A stretch of 35,113 nucleotides of DNA from Candidatus Bathyarchaeia archaeon (GCA_050012755.1 JBEKGO010000027.1:1-35113), one strand, 5' to 3'. Counted from the stretch's first letter, positions 1-9,552 are shown. The notes: generated from the letters alone by a model not told the origin. Translations and numbers: made by a program.

Positions 1-125
1 GGGTTTGCCGGTCAAAGGGCACGGGTTCCACCTGATCCCATACCGAACTCAGAAGTTAAACCGTGTTCCGTTTCCAGCTGTAGTGTGGTCTTAGGCCACG
101 TGAACCTGGGAAAGCTGGCAGCTCA
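1..125 (+). rRNA. rrf: 5S ribosomal RNA
   Basis: Contains the conserved 5S core CCTGATCCCATACCGAACTCAGAAGTTAA. The 5' end (GGGTTTGCCGG) can pair with the 3' end (CTGGCAGCTC). Length is about 125 nt, followed by a T-rich tract. Confidence 0.95.
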
Positions 126-206
126 CTTTCTTTTAATCAAAATATAGGTAGATTTGGCATAGCTTTATAACTTACTAACTGTAGTTTTTGGGAAGTGGTG
201 TAGAAA

Positions 207-1310
207 TTGAGTCTTATTCCTGGGAGCGATTCGATAACTCAGATTATTAGCTTGCTATCTTACGTATTCTTCATAGTTTTAATTTTTTACGGTCAAAGAA
301 TCCAAATGTACGTTATGATACGGGAAGTAGAAAACTCCCTTCATAAACTAAAGTACATAAAAGAGGAAGGGCGAAAGAATGCGATAGATGCCATAAAAGA
401 AATTGGCAAACCAGCAACTGACCCTTCAGCTCGTGTTGACCGCTACTTGGAATACTTTACTATTGGTCCACAAAGCATGGATCCGGCAGGTATAGTGTAC
501 AAGCTTGATCATATACTTGATGTCAGAGATGAACGTTTGAAAGATGAAGTTAAACTTATGGCGCCTGCTTGTGACGAAATTCAAGTTAACAATTTAGAAA
601 ACACGTTGGAAGCTGCTATGGCACTAAACTTCATTTACAAAGTCATCCGTCACTATTACATTCAAGGTAAAAAAACTCTAAGTCTCTATGTAATAATGCA
701 AATACAAATGATATTGCCCATGGTTATGAAAGAAGCAGAAGCATATGCAAGTGCCCTCAAAGCGTTCGCTTACGGTCAGCCAATCGGAGACGGTGCAGGA
801 CCATTAGTTGCTGCGAAACTCATGCATGGCTACGAAGTCCGCAAATTGCCAAAAGATTGTGTCATGGCTACCGTTCCATTTGAAGGACGCACGGCTTTAA
901 TCATAAAAGCTGAAGGTCCAGGCGGCAATGTCGGCAAACCAGGTGATGCAGTTGAAGCTGTCATTGAGGAAAATGAAGGCAAAATTGGGATGGTTATTAT
1001 GATTGATGCAGGCTTGAAGTTGGAAGGCGAAACGGTTGGCGAAGTATCTGAAGGCGTCGGCGCAGCAATCGGTGGACCAGGTGTAGATCAATTCAAGATT
1101 GAAGCCAAGCTGACAAAATACCAGATCCCCATCAATGCTGTAATCATCAAAGAAGACATAGGTGATGCAGTTTCACCCATGCGCAAAGAAATTAATGACG
1201 CAGTTGATCCAGTTATTGAACGAGTCAAAAACGTCATTTTGGAACGAACCAAAGAAGGCGACAAAGTAATCATCGTTGGGGTCGGTAATTCAATCGGGGT
1301 CGGACAATAG
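207..1310 (+). CDS. DUF1512-family conserved archaeal protein with an N-terminal membrane anchor
   Basis: 367-aa ORF with an N-terminal TM helix, motifs GQPIGDGAGPLVA, IDAGLKLEGE and GAAIGGPG, and the C-terminus GVGNSIGVGQ typical of this TACK family. Confidence 0.8.
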   Translation: MSLIPGSDSITQIISLLSYVFFIVLIFYGQRIQMYVMIREVENSLHKLKYIKEEGRKNAIDAIKEIGKPATDPSARVDRYLEYFTIGPQSMDPAGIVYKLDHILDVRDERLKDEVKLMAPACDEIQVNNLENTLEAAMALNFIYKVIRHYYIQGKKTLSLYVIMQIQMILPMVMKEAEAYASALKAFAYGQPIGDGAGPLVAAKLMHGYEVRKLPKDCVMATVPFEGRTALIIKAEGPGGNVGKPGDAVEAVIEENEGKIGMVIMIDAGLKLEGETVGEVSEGVGAAIGGPGVDQFKIEAKLTKYQIPINAVIIKEDIGDAVSPMRKEINDAVDPVIERVKNVILERTKEGDKVIIVGVGNSIGVGQ

Positions 1311-1322
1311 GAGGACAAAACA

Positions 1323-1739
1323 ATGACACAAAACCAAACATCGGAATCAACCAAAAAAATCTCAACTTACCTAACGATGATCGTCTTAATTGTCGTAGCG
1401 CTGTCCATAATATCGCTGATATTAGCAGCTAACGCATACTTTATAGGCCAGACTTTAGCCGCAGGATTTTTAGCGATTATTGGTTTGGTCGCTTTGACAA
1501 TGTCGGTGTTCACACTCTACCAATCAAGGAGGCAAGTAGCACAAATGAAAATTGAAATCCCCAAAGTAATGACAACGGTCGAATGCAAATGTGGGTCCAA
1601 AACCGTGCGAGAATTCCAACGCGGCGATTATATCTACAAAGATCTTGATGCCCCCTGCCAAAAATGCCCAAACACAAGACAAATGATCACTGCAATATAC
1701 AAAGAAGTCAAAGAAAAAGAAAAAACATTCAATGTCTAA
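1323..1739 (+). CDS. Conserved hypothetical membrane protein with a C-terminal Zn-ribbon-like domain
   Basis: GGAGG SD upstream, two TM helices, Cys pairs ECKC and CQKC flanking REFQRGDY. Likely co-transcribed with the DUF1512 gene. Confidence 0.8.
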   Translation: MTQNQTSESTKKISTYLTMIVLIVVALSIISLILAANAYFIGQTLAAGFLAIIGLVALTMSVFTLYQSRRQVAQMKIEIPKVMTTVECKCGSKTVREFQRGDYIYKDLDAPCQKCPNTRQMITAIYKEVKEKEKTFNV

Positions 1740-2647
1740 GTTAAAACTTCGCAACCATCATTTTTCAACATTACCGTATGCTCAGCTTGAGCAACGGGTT
1801 TTTTGCTTGCTTCAACAAAGACGGGATAACCCATAACAGCTTTTGACACAAGCAACTCTTTGAATGCCGCTTTATGTTGTTCTTCGGGAACAACGCCAAT
1901 TAGCCATCGTTCAGCGAAAGGCAAAGTTCTAAAATTAGCCTCGATGTATTTGAGGAGTTTTTTGGTGTATTCGCTTTTTACGGATTTTGCTTTCAGTAAA
2001 CGGTAAATCGTAATTTGCGGGCTATCATCGACCCGTCCAATTGCATCAGGCAAAGTCACGAATGGCTCTATGGCGTAAACTTCACCCGTTCGAACTTTTG
2101 CAAAAGACACTTGTGCCACGTTTGGAATAGATAATCCCGCGTGAATCAGGTATCTTCCAACCGAATGCCCAGTCAGGTTTGAGATTGGTTTGTAGCCACG
2201 GTTTTTTATTGTGGTTTCGATTAAGCTGCCGATTTTGTCCAATGCCATGTCCCCATGGATATTGTCTATCGCTGTTTTTAACGCAAGCTCAGCGGTCGTT
2301 ATCATGCTTCTGCCTTCAGGATTAAAACTGACTGTAAACGCTGTGTCAGTAACGTAGCCGTCGACGTGGACGCCTAGATCCACTTTAACCGTGGAGCCCT
2401 CTGGTATCGTTAGCTTGTCATCTGGTGGTGAAGTGTAATGGGCCGCTATTTCGTTGACGCTGACGTTGCAGGGGAAAGCTGGTTTACCTCCTTTTGCCCG
2501 AATTAATCCTTCGACTTTCTCGCAGATATCGATGATCGGCATGTTTTCTTTGACGTATTTCCTCATTTCCTCTCTTGTTTCACGAAGAATTTTTCCAGAT
2601 AAACGGAATTTTTCCAGTTCTTCTTTGTCGTATGGCATGCTGTTCAC
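1736..2647 (-). CDS. map: Methionine aminopeptidase, type II
   Basis: Motifs AFPCNVSVNEIAAHY, VDLGVHVDGYVTDTAFT, NLTGHS..IHAG, AIEPF, AQAEHTV. The true start is probably the ATG at 2638. Confidence 0.95.
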   Translation of the reverse strand: MNSMPYDKEELEKFRLSGKILRETREEMRKYVKENMPIIDICEKVEGLIRAKGGKPAFPCNVSVNEIAAHYTSPPDDKLTIPEGSTVKVDLGVHVDGYVTDTAFTVSFNPEGRSMITTAELALKTAIDNIHGDMALDKIGSLIETTIKNRGYKPISNLTGHSVGRYLIHAGLSIPNVAQVSFAKVRTGEVYAIEPFVTLPDAIGRVDDSPQITIYRLLKAKSVKSEYTKKLLKYIEANFRTLPFAERWLIGVVPEEQHKAAFKELLVSKAVMGYPVFVEASKKPVAQAEHTVMLKNDGCEVLT

Positions 2648-2819
2648 TTTTACTAATAGTTTGGATAATGTGAGAGATGCTTAAATGCGTAACTTAATTC
2701 GCCAACACTGCTTTGTCTAGTACTTCAAAACATAAATTCTGTATGAAGTTTTATTTTGGTTAAAATAACATGGTACGGTCATGCCGCGATTAAGATTGAA
2801 TTAACATGCGAATTTCAGC

Positions 2820-3371
2820 TTAGGACTTGTAGAGTTTAGGATCAAGCAATGCAAAGTTGTTGCCGCCTACATGGTAGAGCATTCTTGCCTTTTTTAAGTC
2901 GTAACTTTCTGTAAAGACGCCCATGTCAGCGTACGCTTCAATGATTTTGCCTATGAAAACCGTGTGGTCCCCCGTTGCAAATTTGCTGTCTACTTCGCAT
3001 TCAAGGTGGCCTATGCATTCACGGATTGCTGGTGCTTTGATTTTTTTTGCTGGCATCGGTGTTAAGTTTGTCTTTTTGAATTTATCGAAGCTTCTCCCAG
3101 TTAAGGAGCCACATGCGTAAACTGCTTGAAGTATCTCGAGTGTTGGAATGTTGACTATGAATTCGCCTGATTCTTCAATTAAGGCGTGGGAGTGGCGAGT
3201 GGGCGCAAGGCTGATGGCTAGAAGCGGCGGATTAATCGATGTTGGCATTGCCCAAGCGAGGGTTGTAATGTTGGGTTTTCCCGTTTTTCCAACGCATGAT
3301 ACCAGTACGGTATGCATCGGGTGAAGAAGTCTGTATGCTGAAGAGATTGTAACGTTTGTTTTTGCGGACAT
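2820..3371 (-). CDS. Flavin reductase family protein (DIM6/NTAB-like)
   Basis: Motifs LLHPMHTVLV, PPLLAISL, GEFIVNIP, CG..TGR..DKF, LECEV, GDHTVFIG. Start set at the ATG at 3371; the ORF extension to 3434 looks non-coding. Confidence 0.9.
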   Translation of the reverse strand: MSAKTNVTISSAYRLLHPMHTVLVSCVGKTGKPNITTLAWAMPTSINPPLLAISLAPTRHSHALIEESGEFIVNIPTLEILQAVYACGSLTGRSFDKFKKTNLTPMPAKKIKAPAIRECIGHLECEVDSKFATGDHTVFIGKIIEAYADMGVFTESYDLKKARMLYHVGGNNFALLDPKLYKS

Positions 3372-3576
3372 TTTTCTTTTCGCCTTTGTATGTTGATTGC
3401 TGTGCTCTCGAAACTTATTTTTCTTTTGCTTCATACTTATTGAATCGTGAGATTTAGATATTTAATTAGAACACGTTGAGCTCTGCTTCTTTGGGTGCTA
3501 TTGTGTCCGCGGTCGCTCGTCTTATTGGCGGGGCAACGACGAGGGTGCGTTTCTTTTTTTTTCGGTTTGCATAACC

Positions 3577-3640
3577 TTTATAGGTGGCTGTTACTATCAG
3601 TAACTATGTTACTCATAGTAACTAAACTACTTAGAGTAAC
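3577..3640 (+). promoter_or_regulatory. TATA-like box followed by three tandem palindromic operators (GTTACT-N3-AGTAAC)
   Basis: TTTATA at about 3577-3583. GTTACT-ATC-AGTAAC at 3590-3604, GTTACT-CAT-AGTAAC at 3608-3622 and degenerate ACTACT-TAG-AGTAAC at 3626-3640, with an 18-bp period. Lies directly upstream of the flavodoxin-TetR operon. Confidence 0.8.
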
Positions 3641-3656
3641 CGGAAAGTGAGTAAAA

Positions 3657-4445
3657 ATTAAAGTATTAGCATTTAACAGCAGCCCAAACATGGAAAATGG
3701 TAACACCGCACTTATCCTTAATCCATTCCTAAAAGGCATGAAGGAATCAGGAGCAGAAATAGACCTATTCTACACCAAAAAATTGAAAATTAACCCATGC
3801 AACGCCGATTATACATGCATAATAAAGACGCACGGCAAATGCATCCAACAAGACGACATGCAGACAATATACCCCAAATTGAAAGAGGCAGACATAATCG
3901 TGTTTGCAACTCCACTCTACTTCGACGGCATGACCTCCACAATGAAAACCCTCATTGAAAGACTTTGGTTGCCCAGCGGAAACCCATTCTTAGAACTGCG
4001 AAACGGTTGCGTACGGCACCCAATCAGCAGAGACACCAAGAAAGCCAAGGTAGTGCTCGTATCAAACTGCGGCTTCTGGGAAAAAGAAAACTTCACACCC
4101 CTCTTAGCGCACATAAAAGCAATCTGCGAAAACACTGACCTTGAGTTTGCAGGAGCACTGCTAAGACCGCATGGACCAACCTTGGGTATGATGCTGAAAA
4201 TAGGCGCTCCAGTACAGGATGTTTTGCAAGCTGCAGAGCAAGCTGGGCGTCAGCTTGTGCAAGAGGGCAAAATAGACGAAAAAACGTTAGCTGCTGTCGG
4301 TAGGGAGCTCGAGTTTATACCCTTAGCCGACTATGTCCAAAGACACAACCAACGCATCAAACAATATGTGGAAATGAATGAGCAAACGAGCCCCAACAGC
4401 GCCAGCCAAATAAACAACCGCCCTTTTAAACATCAATCTGGATGA
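3657..4445 (+). CDS. Flavodoxin family / iron-sulfur flavoprotein-like NADPH-dependent FMN reductase
   Basis: In-frame N-terminal extension (I)KVLAFNSSPNMENGNT carries the FMN phosphate loop. Also CNADYTC...C..QDDM and ADIIVFATPLYF. The first ATG is at 3690, but the conserved N-terminus begins at the ATT at 3657. Confidence 0.88.
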   Translation: MKVLAFNSSPNMENGNTALILNPFLKGMKESGAEIDLFYTKKLKINPCNADYTCIIKTHGKCIQQDDMQTIYPKLKEADIIVFATPLYFDGMTSTMKTLIERLWLPSGNPFLELRNGCVRHPISRDTKKAKVVLVSNCGFWEKENFTPLLAHIKAICENTDLEFAGALLRPHGPTLGMMLKIGAPVQDVLQAAEQAGRQLVQEGKIDEKTLAAVGRELEFIPLADYVQRHNQRIKQYVEMNEQTSPNSASQINNRPFKHQSG

Positions 4446-4449
4446 AACT

Positions 4450-5127
4450 ATGACGTCAAGCGAGTCAAACCAGCAAAAAACGCCCCTAAGCCGCAGGGAA
4501 CGTGAGAGACTTCAGCGCCGAAACGACATAATAAATACAGCAGAGAAGCGGTTTTTCGGGAGCGGTTTTGATGGCGTTTCAATGGATGACATCGCCAAAG
4601 ATTTGGAGCTTTCTAAGCCCGCGCTTTATCGGTATTTCCGCAATAAGGAGTCGCTGTATCTTGCGGTGGTGCTTCGGGGCATGCTGGTTTTACGTGAAAC
4701 TTTCAAGGCTGCTGTGGCTAAGGAGCAAACTGGCATCGGCAAAGTCTCCGCTTTTCTTAACGCTTTGTGCTTTGATTATGTCCATAAACATGGTGATTAT
4801 TATTTGCTCATTACTGTTGCTCGTGAACAGCGTTTCATGGAACTGTTTAAGCGGGGAGAGGTTGATGGTGCAAGCGAGTTTGGCAATATGGCTTTGGAGT
4901 CGCTTACCCTTTTGGTTGATGCAATCCAGTTGGGTAGTGAAGACGAAACAATTAGGGCAGACTTGCCTCCTCTGCAAACAGCCATCTTTTTGGTTGTAGC
5001 TGCGGAAGCCGCGGTCAACATAGGTCCTTACAACCAAAATTTGCTGAAGCAGATAGGCCTAAGTAAGGAAGAGTACTTGCAGCATTCGATTGATTTAATG
5101 CTTAGAGGAATCACTGCAAAGCTATAG
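4450..5127 (+). CDS. TetR/AcrR family transcriptional regulator
   Basis: N-terminal HTH signature GFDGVSMDDIAKDLELSKPALYRYFRNKESL. Confidence 0.95.
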   Translation: MTSSESNQQKTPLSRRERERLQRRNDIINTAEKRFFGSGFDGVSMDDIAKDLELSKPALYRYFRNKESLYLAVVLRGMLVLRETFKAAVAKEQTGIGKVSAFLNALCFDYVHKHGDYYLLITVAREQRFMELFKRGEVDGASEFGNMALESLTLLVDAIQLGSEDETIRADLPPLQTAIFLVVAAEAAVNIGPYNQNLLKQIGLSKEEYLQHSIDLMLRGITAKL

Positions 5128-5129
5128 TT

Positions 5130-6236
5130 TTAGCGTTTTATGTGGTATTGTTCGATTACGTCTTTTGCTTTTTCACGGCGTTCCTGATGTTCTTTAAGGA
5201 ACTTGTTGAGTTTTTCAGCTATATCTTTTTTGCATTCCCCACATAACATTTCCCCGCCTCGGCATTTGCGTTCACGCTCAGCAAGTTTGGCGCTATCTTC
5301 TTCGAACAGGTAGAAGTAGTACTGGAAGATGCTGCATACTGTTGGGTCAGCACCTGTTTTTCGTTGCTCGGCTACTGTGCCTTTACCGCCAGTGAAGGCA
5401 TTCCAAATCTTCCTTTTTACAACATCTGGCGGGTCTATAGTGAATATGCTGGTTTCTGGCATGCTAGCACTCATTTTTCCGCCTGCTCCTAAACCGGGCA
5501 GGAACCGGCAGTGAATTTGTGCAGGCTTATAATAGCCGAGTTTTTGTGCTATGTCCCGGGTTACTCGCCAGTATGGGTCTTGGTCGATCGCAGCTGGGAT
5601 GAGAGCTGGGACGTTTTCGCCTGTGAGTTTTTTGTGAATGAAACAAGGTGCTGCTTGAATGGCGGGCCAGAATACCCAGCCGATATTGGTGCTGTCTTGG
5701 AAGCCAAAGCTGCTGCGTGCGGTGCTGTAAGTTATGCGTTTGGCTACCTCCAGTGTGATGTCGTAGAGAAGGTCGATGTCTTGTGTGTCATAGATTATGA
5801 ATGTGTCTTCCGGTTTGAAACCCAAAGCTATAAGATCTAAGGCGTTTTCGTAGGAGTATTTGCTCGTTTTTTTGAGGTTGGCGTCGTCATCAACTAAGTA
5901 TTTTTCGTCGTCGGTTAATTGGAAATAAAGTCGGGTGTTGAATTTTTGTTGGACATGAAGTGTAAAAATCCAGGGGACAAGATGCCCGATGTGAACGGGT
6001 CCTGAGGGTCCTCTGCCAGTGTAGAGAACAAATTTTATACCTTTATCATAGAGGTCAAGTACAGTGTCTAAGTCTCGATGGCTGAAGAATATTCGCCTTT
6101 CGAGTTGCAGATGAAGTTTGTCTGTGTGTTTTTCTACTCTTTCAAGCAGTTGGGGGGTTAATGGTTGGGTGCCGAATTCGCGTATTAGGTGCTCGTAGTC
6201 TATCTTGCCTTTTACTTCCCAAGGAGTAACCACCAT
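5130..6236 (-). CDS. trpS: Tryptophan--tRNA ligase (archaeal/eukaryotic type)
   Basis: VTPWEV N-terminus, YTGRGPSGPVHIGH (HIGH motif), LTDDEKY, AIDQDPYWR, KMSAS, AFTGG, CGECK. Confidence 0.97.
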   Translation of the reverse strand: MVVTPWEVKGKIDYEHLIREFGTQPLTPQLLERVEKHTDKLHLQLERRIFFSHRDLDTVLDLYDKGIKFVLYTGRGPSGPVHIGHLVPWIFTLHVQQKFNTRLYFQLTDDEKYLVDDDANLKKTSKYSYENALDLIALGFKPEDTFIIYDTQDIDLLYDITLEVAKRITYSTARSSFGFQDSTNIGWVFWPAIQAAPCFIHKKLTGENVPALIPAAIDQDPYWRVTRDIAQKLGYYKPAQIHCRFLPGLGAGGKMSASMPETSIFTIDPPDVVKRKIWNAFTGGKGTVAEQRKTGADPTVCSIFQYYFYLFEEDSAKLAERERKCRGGEMLCGECKKDIAEKLNKFLKEHQERREKAKDVIEQYHIKR

Positions 6237-6443
6237 TTCGTTGTTGTTTTCTTCACCAGATGAACCCGTTTTATATCACCAGTGCCGTTTAACAAGAGAT
6301 GTTATGACTTGTCATATATCTTTTTTCGAAACGCATCCTTCTTTTGGGATTTTCTATATTTTAGGCAAAGAGAATTATGGGAAACAAGTAATCTGCAAAG
6401 TGTGCAATAGATTTTTAATGTTCCTTTTTTTACTTTATTCGCG

Positions 6444-7478
6444 GTGTATTATACGGCTGAAGATATTTGGGTTCCAATGGATGGAGACACCTTTGTTACA
6501 AAGGATGGGTTCATTCTCAACACTTTTGGATACGAGCATCCTGATGACCGCGTTTTTGCATTCCTCAAATACATCCCAGCAAAGTACAAAGGGCTCTTTA
6601 ACGTTGAAATGCTTGAGCGAACATGGAAGTTTGGCTACAACCAACTCTTTCGAGCCGAAAAGTTGTACACAGCGAAGAACTATCAGACTTTCATTGAAGC
6701 TTTCCGTAAAAACTTCCCAGATTACTTGTATTTCTGCCCATTTCGTAATAAAGAGTTAATCACGACGCCTCTTGACCGAATAGAGCAAGTGTTTGTTCCT
6801 AAGGACCGCTTGGTCTGGCTGCAGAACCTGCCAAAGCGTGACAAACTCCAACAGACGGCGTTTGACTTAATCGATGTAATGTCAAAAGAGTCTGGTGTAT
6901 CTTTTAGCGACTTGGGCATCCACGGCTCCATCGCCCTAAACATGCATGCACCTGAATCTGACATTGACTTTGTTGTTTACGGCACAGAAAACTTCAGAAT
7001 GGTGGAAGATGCCATTGCTCTGCTCGTAAACGCTGGAAAATTAACCTACATTGTAGGCAATCGTATAGAGGCAGCAAGAAAATTCCAAGGAAGATACCAC
7101 GGCAAAATCTTCATGTACAACGCAACCAAAAAACCCTCACAAATAAGGGAGAAATATGGCGCTTACCGGTACATTCCGCTTGACCCCGTAAGGTTCCAAG
7201 CAACCGTTAGCGATGACACTGAAACAATGTATCGACCCTCAATTTACAAAATCACCAGTTACAAACCCGAAGATGACCAATCAGAGCTTGACTTAGACAA
7301 GATCCCTGTTCAAGTTGTCTCAAACATAGGCCTTTATCGAAACGTTGCCCGTTGCGGCAAGGAAATTAAAGTCGCTGGTAAACTTGAACGTGTTGAATCT
7401 ACCAGTTCCAGCGAAGTATTCTATCAAGTGGTTGTCGGAACAGCAACTTCCGAGGAAGAATACATTTGGCCAACATAA
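6444..7478 (+). CDS. Predicted nucleotidyltransferase, COG1665/MJ1086-like, paralog 1
   Basis: Pol-beta NTase signature [24 protein letters not shown]-terminal DGDTFVT...GYEHP, C-terminal OB-fold-like segment (VAGKLERV). Confidence 0.8.
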   Translation: MYYTAEDIWVPMDGDTFVTKDGFILNTFGYEHPDDRVFAFLKYIPAKYKGLFNVEMLERTWKFGYNQLFRAEKLYTAKNYQTFIEAFRKNFPDYLYFCPFRNKELITTPLDRIEQVFVPKDRLVWLQNLPKRDKLQQTAFDLIDVMSKESGVSFSDLGIHGSIALNMHAPESDIDFVVYGTENFRMVEDAIALLVNAGKLTYIVGNRIEAARKFQGRYHGKIFMYNATKKPSQIREKYGAYRYIPLDPVRFQATVSDDTETMYRPSIYKITSYKPEDDQSELDLDKIPVQVVSNIGLYRNVARCGKEIKVAGKLERVESTSSSEVFYQVVVGTATSEEEYIWPT

Positions 7479-8536
7479 AACTGCGAGACCGAGACGCCAT
7501 AGAAACCTTAGAAGGCTTAATTTTCCGCGTCTTTGGCTATTCTCACCCGCCAAGCACTTGCATATGCGACGCCGAATATGCTTCATCAAAAATCTTTCAA
7601 TCAAGAGATCCAAGAGCTCCAAGAACAGGCAAAAAAGACCTCTACTATAAATTCTATAACGATGAAGGCATGAAGTTAATTGCGAAGAAATATTCTCAAT
7701 ATCTTGTTTTTCACGAAATGCTCGGGCTAAATATTGTCGGCGTGAAAGACAGCGACATAAGTGAGGCAAGAAAGCCTGAGGAGCGATTAACGGTTTTGCT
7801 TGAGGCTGGACCAACGGACGAGTTGCTTGCAGCGATGGAGCGTGTCCTAATGATTGCGCTCAACAATTCAGGCTTAAAAACCGAGGACTTTGGTGTCTTC
7901 GGCTCGATGCTGCATGGTTTTCATCATCCAAAATTCTCAGACATCGACTTTATTGTTTATGGCAAAAAAGAAAATGCTAAGTTGCGAAAAACACTAGAAG
8001 GTCTGTATGCTGACGAGGCGTCTGGTTTGCATAATGAGTTTGAATCAGACTCTGTGATGGCGGGCAAGGATTGGCGGTTCAAAAACTTCACTGTTCCAGA
8101 CTTCATTTGGCATCAAAGAAGAAAACAAATCTACGGTCTATACGATGACGTAGCCAGCGGGAGAACCATAAAAGCCGAGTTTGAACCCGTTAAAGCTTGG
8201 AGCGAAATCAAATCAGAATATGACCCAAAAACGAAAATACAGCAGAAGGGCTGGGTTAAACTCAAAGCGCGCGTCACGGCAGATGACGAGGCACCATTTA
8301 TCCCGTCAATCTACGGCATTGAACCTTTAGAAGTTTTGAGCGGCGATAAAGCAGCTCTTGAAGCTAAGCGGGTTTTCTCTTTCATGGAAGAATTCCGTCA
8401 GCAAGCGCAAAAAGACGAAACAGTAATTGTTGAGGGCAACCTTGAAAAAGTTGCGTCACAAAAAGAAAGTTTCTATCAAGTGACTCTAACATATTGCCCA
8501 CGGTACTATGAACAAGTCTTGAAAGTGCAGCATTAA
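7466..8536 (+). CDS. Predicted nucleotidyltransferase, COG1665/MJ1086-like, paralog 2
   Basis: [25 protein letters not shown]-terminal LRDRDAIET...GYSHP, C-terminal VEGNLEKV. Its TTG start overlaps the end of paralog 1, suggesting translational coupling. Confidence 0.8.
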   Translation: MANIKLRDRDAIETLEGLIFRVFGYSHPPSTCICDAEYASSKIFQSRDPRAPRTGKKDLYYKFYNDEGMKLIAKKYSQYLVFHEMLGLNIVGVKDSDISEARKPEERLTVLLEAGPTDELLAAMERVLMIALNNSGLKTEDFGVFGSMLHGFHHPKFSDIDFIVYGKKENAKLRKTLEGLYADEASGLHNEFESDSVMAGKDWRFKNFTVPDFIWHQRRKQIYGLYDDVASGRTIKAEFEPVKAWSEIKSEYDPKTKIQQKGWVKLKARVTADDEAPFIPSIYGIEPLEVLSGDKAALEAKRVFSFMEEFRQQAQKDETVIVEGNLEKVASQKESFYQVTLTYCPRYYEQVLKVQH

Positions 8537-9552
8537 CTATGTGACAGAACCATGTAGTCTGACGGCTTATTTCCAAGTATCAAACGGTAATGTTCGCTGC
8601 CCGTTTTCTTGTTAGTAACTTGCTCAACTTTTCCTTGTGCCTCGATTGTTTCGCCGTTGTTTGCTTGTTCACAGAATCTGCCCCGGAACGAAACAATCTC
8701 TTGTATTGGCTTCAACTTGGGTCCTTCAACAACTTGGACATCAATCAGCTTGTAGGTGCAGGGCGTGAAAAGTGAATCTGTGTTGTCGAGGATTTTGCCC
8801 GTTATTTTGGCGTAGCCACTATTTTTGAAGCACACATCGCCATAATGCTCATTTATTTCGCTCCAGTCTTTCACGAAGCGGATGAAATAGTCGGTTCCCA
8901 TGAACTTGCCCTGGAATGCTTTGCGGCTTTCGACTAAAACGAAGTCTTCGAAGCTCATCTCAGTGTCTTTCGAACGAAAATCGAAAAGTTCTTGCAAATC
9001 AGCGCGGTTATAGGGTTTGAAGCCTGAGTCGGGTTTTGTAAGCAGTTTTTGCAGGGCAACGTAGCCCTTTCGGCAGTTTTCCTCACCGTAAACCAGTGGG
9101 TCTATGTCTGATTTTTCAGTTGTTAACCCAGCCATAATCGAACCAGAAACACCTATGCTGCTCCAAGGAATGTTTGCTTCTGCCTTAAGCGTTTGAGCCA
9201 ACTGCAAAGCCTTACTCTCCAAGACAGTCAAATCCTTCGCAAAACGAAGAGACCAAAGCTTTTCTTCAGGCTTATAATGCTCAGCTACTTGGTTAATTGG
9301 CACTTCACACATTATTTCGCCAAAGATTGGATCAAAAACTGTCAGGTCAGGCTGATTTTCCTGCAGGTACTTGAATCTGTCGCTGAGGCTGTATACTTTG
9401 CCGTATGTAGTTTCTTTGCCATGTCTGGTGCCGGTTGGCGAGGGTATGAACCGTGGAAACGCAACAATCTTATCCACAGGATGAACCAAGCCTTTAACGT
9501 CAAAAACCACGTTACTTCTTGTTTTAATTAAGTCGCCTTCACGAGCCCTCAT
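8533..9552 (-). CDS. Predicted nucleotidyltransferase, COG1665/MJ1086-like, paralog 3
   Basis: GVSGSIMAGLTTEKSDIDPLVYG, N-terminal RAREGDLIKT...GLVHP, C-terminal AQGKVEQV, GGAGG SD. Convergent with paralog 2 with a 4-bp stop overlap. Confidence 0.82.
   Translation of the reverse strand: MRAREGDLIKTRSNVVFDVKGLVHPVDKIVAFPRFIPSPTGTRHGKETTYGKVYSLSDRFKYLQENQPDLTVFDPIFGEIMCEVPINQVAEHYKPEEKLWSLRFAKDLTVLESKALQLAQTLKAEANIPWSSIGVSGSIMAGLTTEKSDIDPLVYGEENCRKGYVALQKLLTKPDSGFKPYNRADLQELFDFRSKDTEMSFEDFVLVESRKAFQGKFMGTDYFIRFVKDWSEINEHYGDVCFKNSGYAKITGKILDNTDSLFTPCTYKLIDVQVVEGPKLKPIQEIVSFRGRFCEQANNGETIEAQGKVEQVTNKKTGSEHYRLILGNKPSDYMVLSHS

Noticed and set aside
1-125. Stand-alone 5S rRNA as a novelty
   Set aside because: The upstream context is outside the window, and unlinked 5S genes are normal in TACK archaea.
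2751-2768. Palindrome TTATTTT-GGTT-AAAATAA upstream of map
   Set aside because: A single AT-only inverted repeat, plausible by chance.
6205-6759. 184-aa ORF and other shadow ORFs (such as 4568-4999, 7320-7814, 13429-13680)
   Set aside because: They overlap well-supported genes in other frames or strands and lack protein-like motifs.
6444-9552. NTases as MNT-HEPN toxin-antitoxin, CBASS cyclases or CCA-adding enzyme
   Set aside because: They are far longer than minimal NTases, no HEPN or effector genes are adjacent, and the domain layout does not look like archaeal CCA enzyme or CD-NTase.
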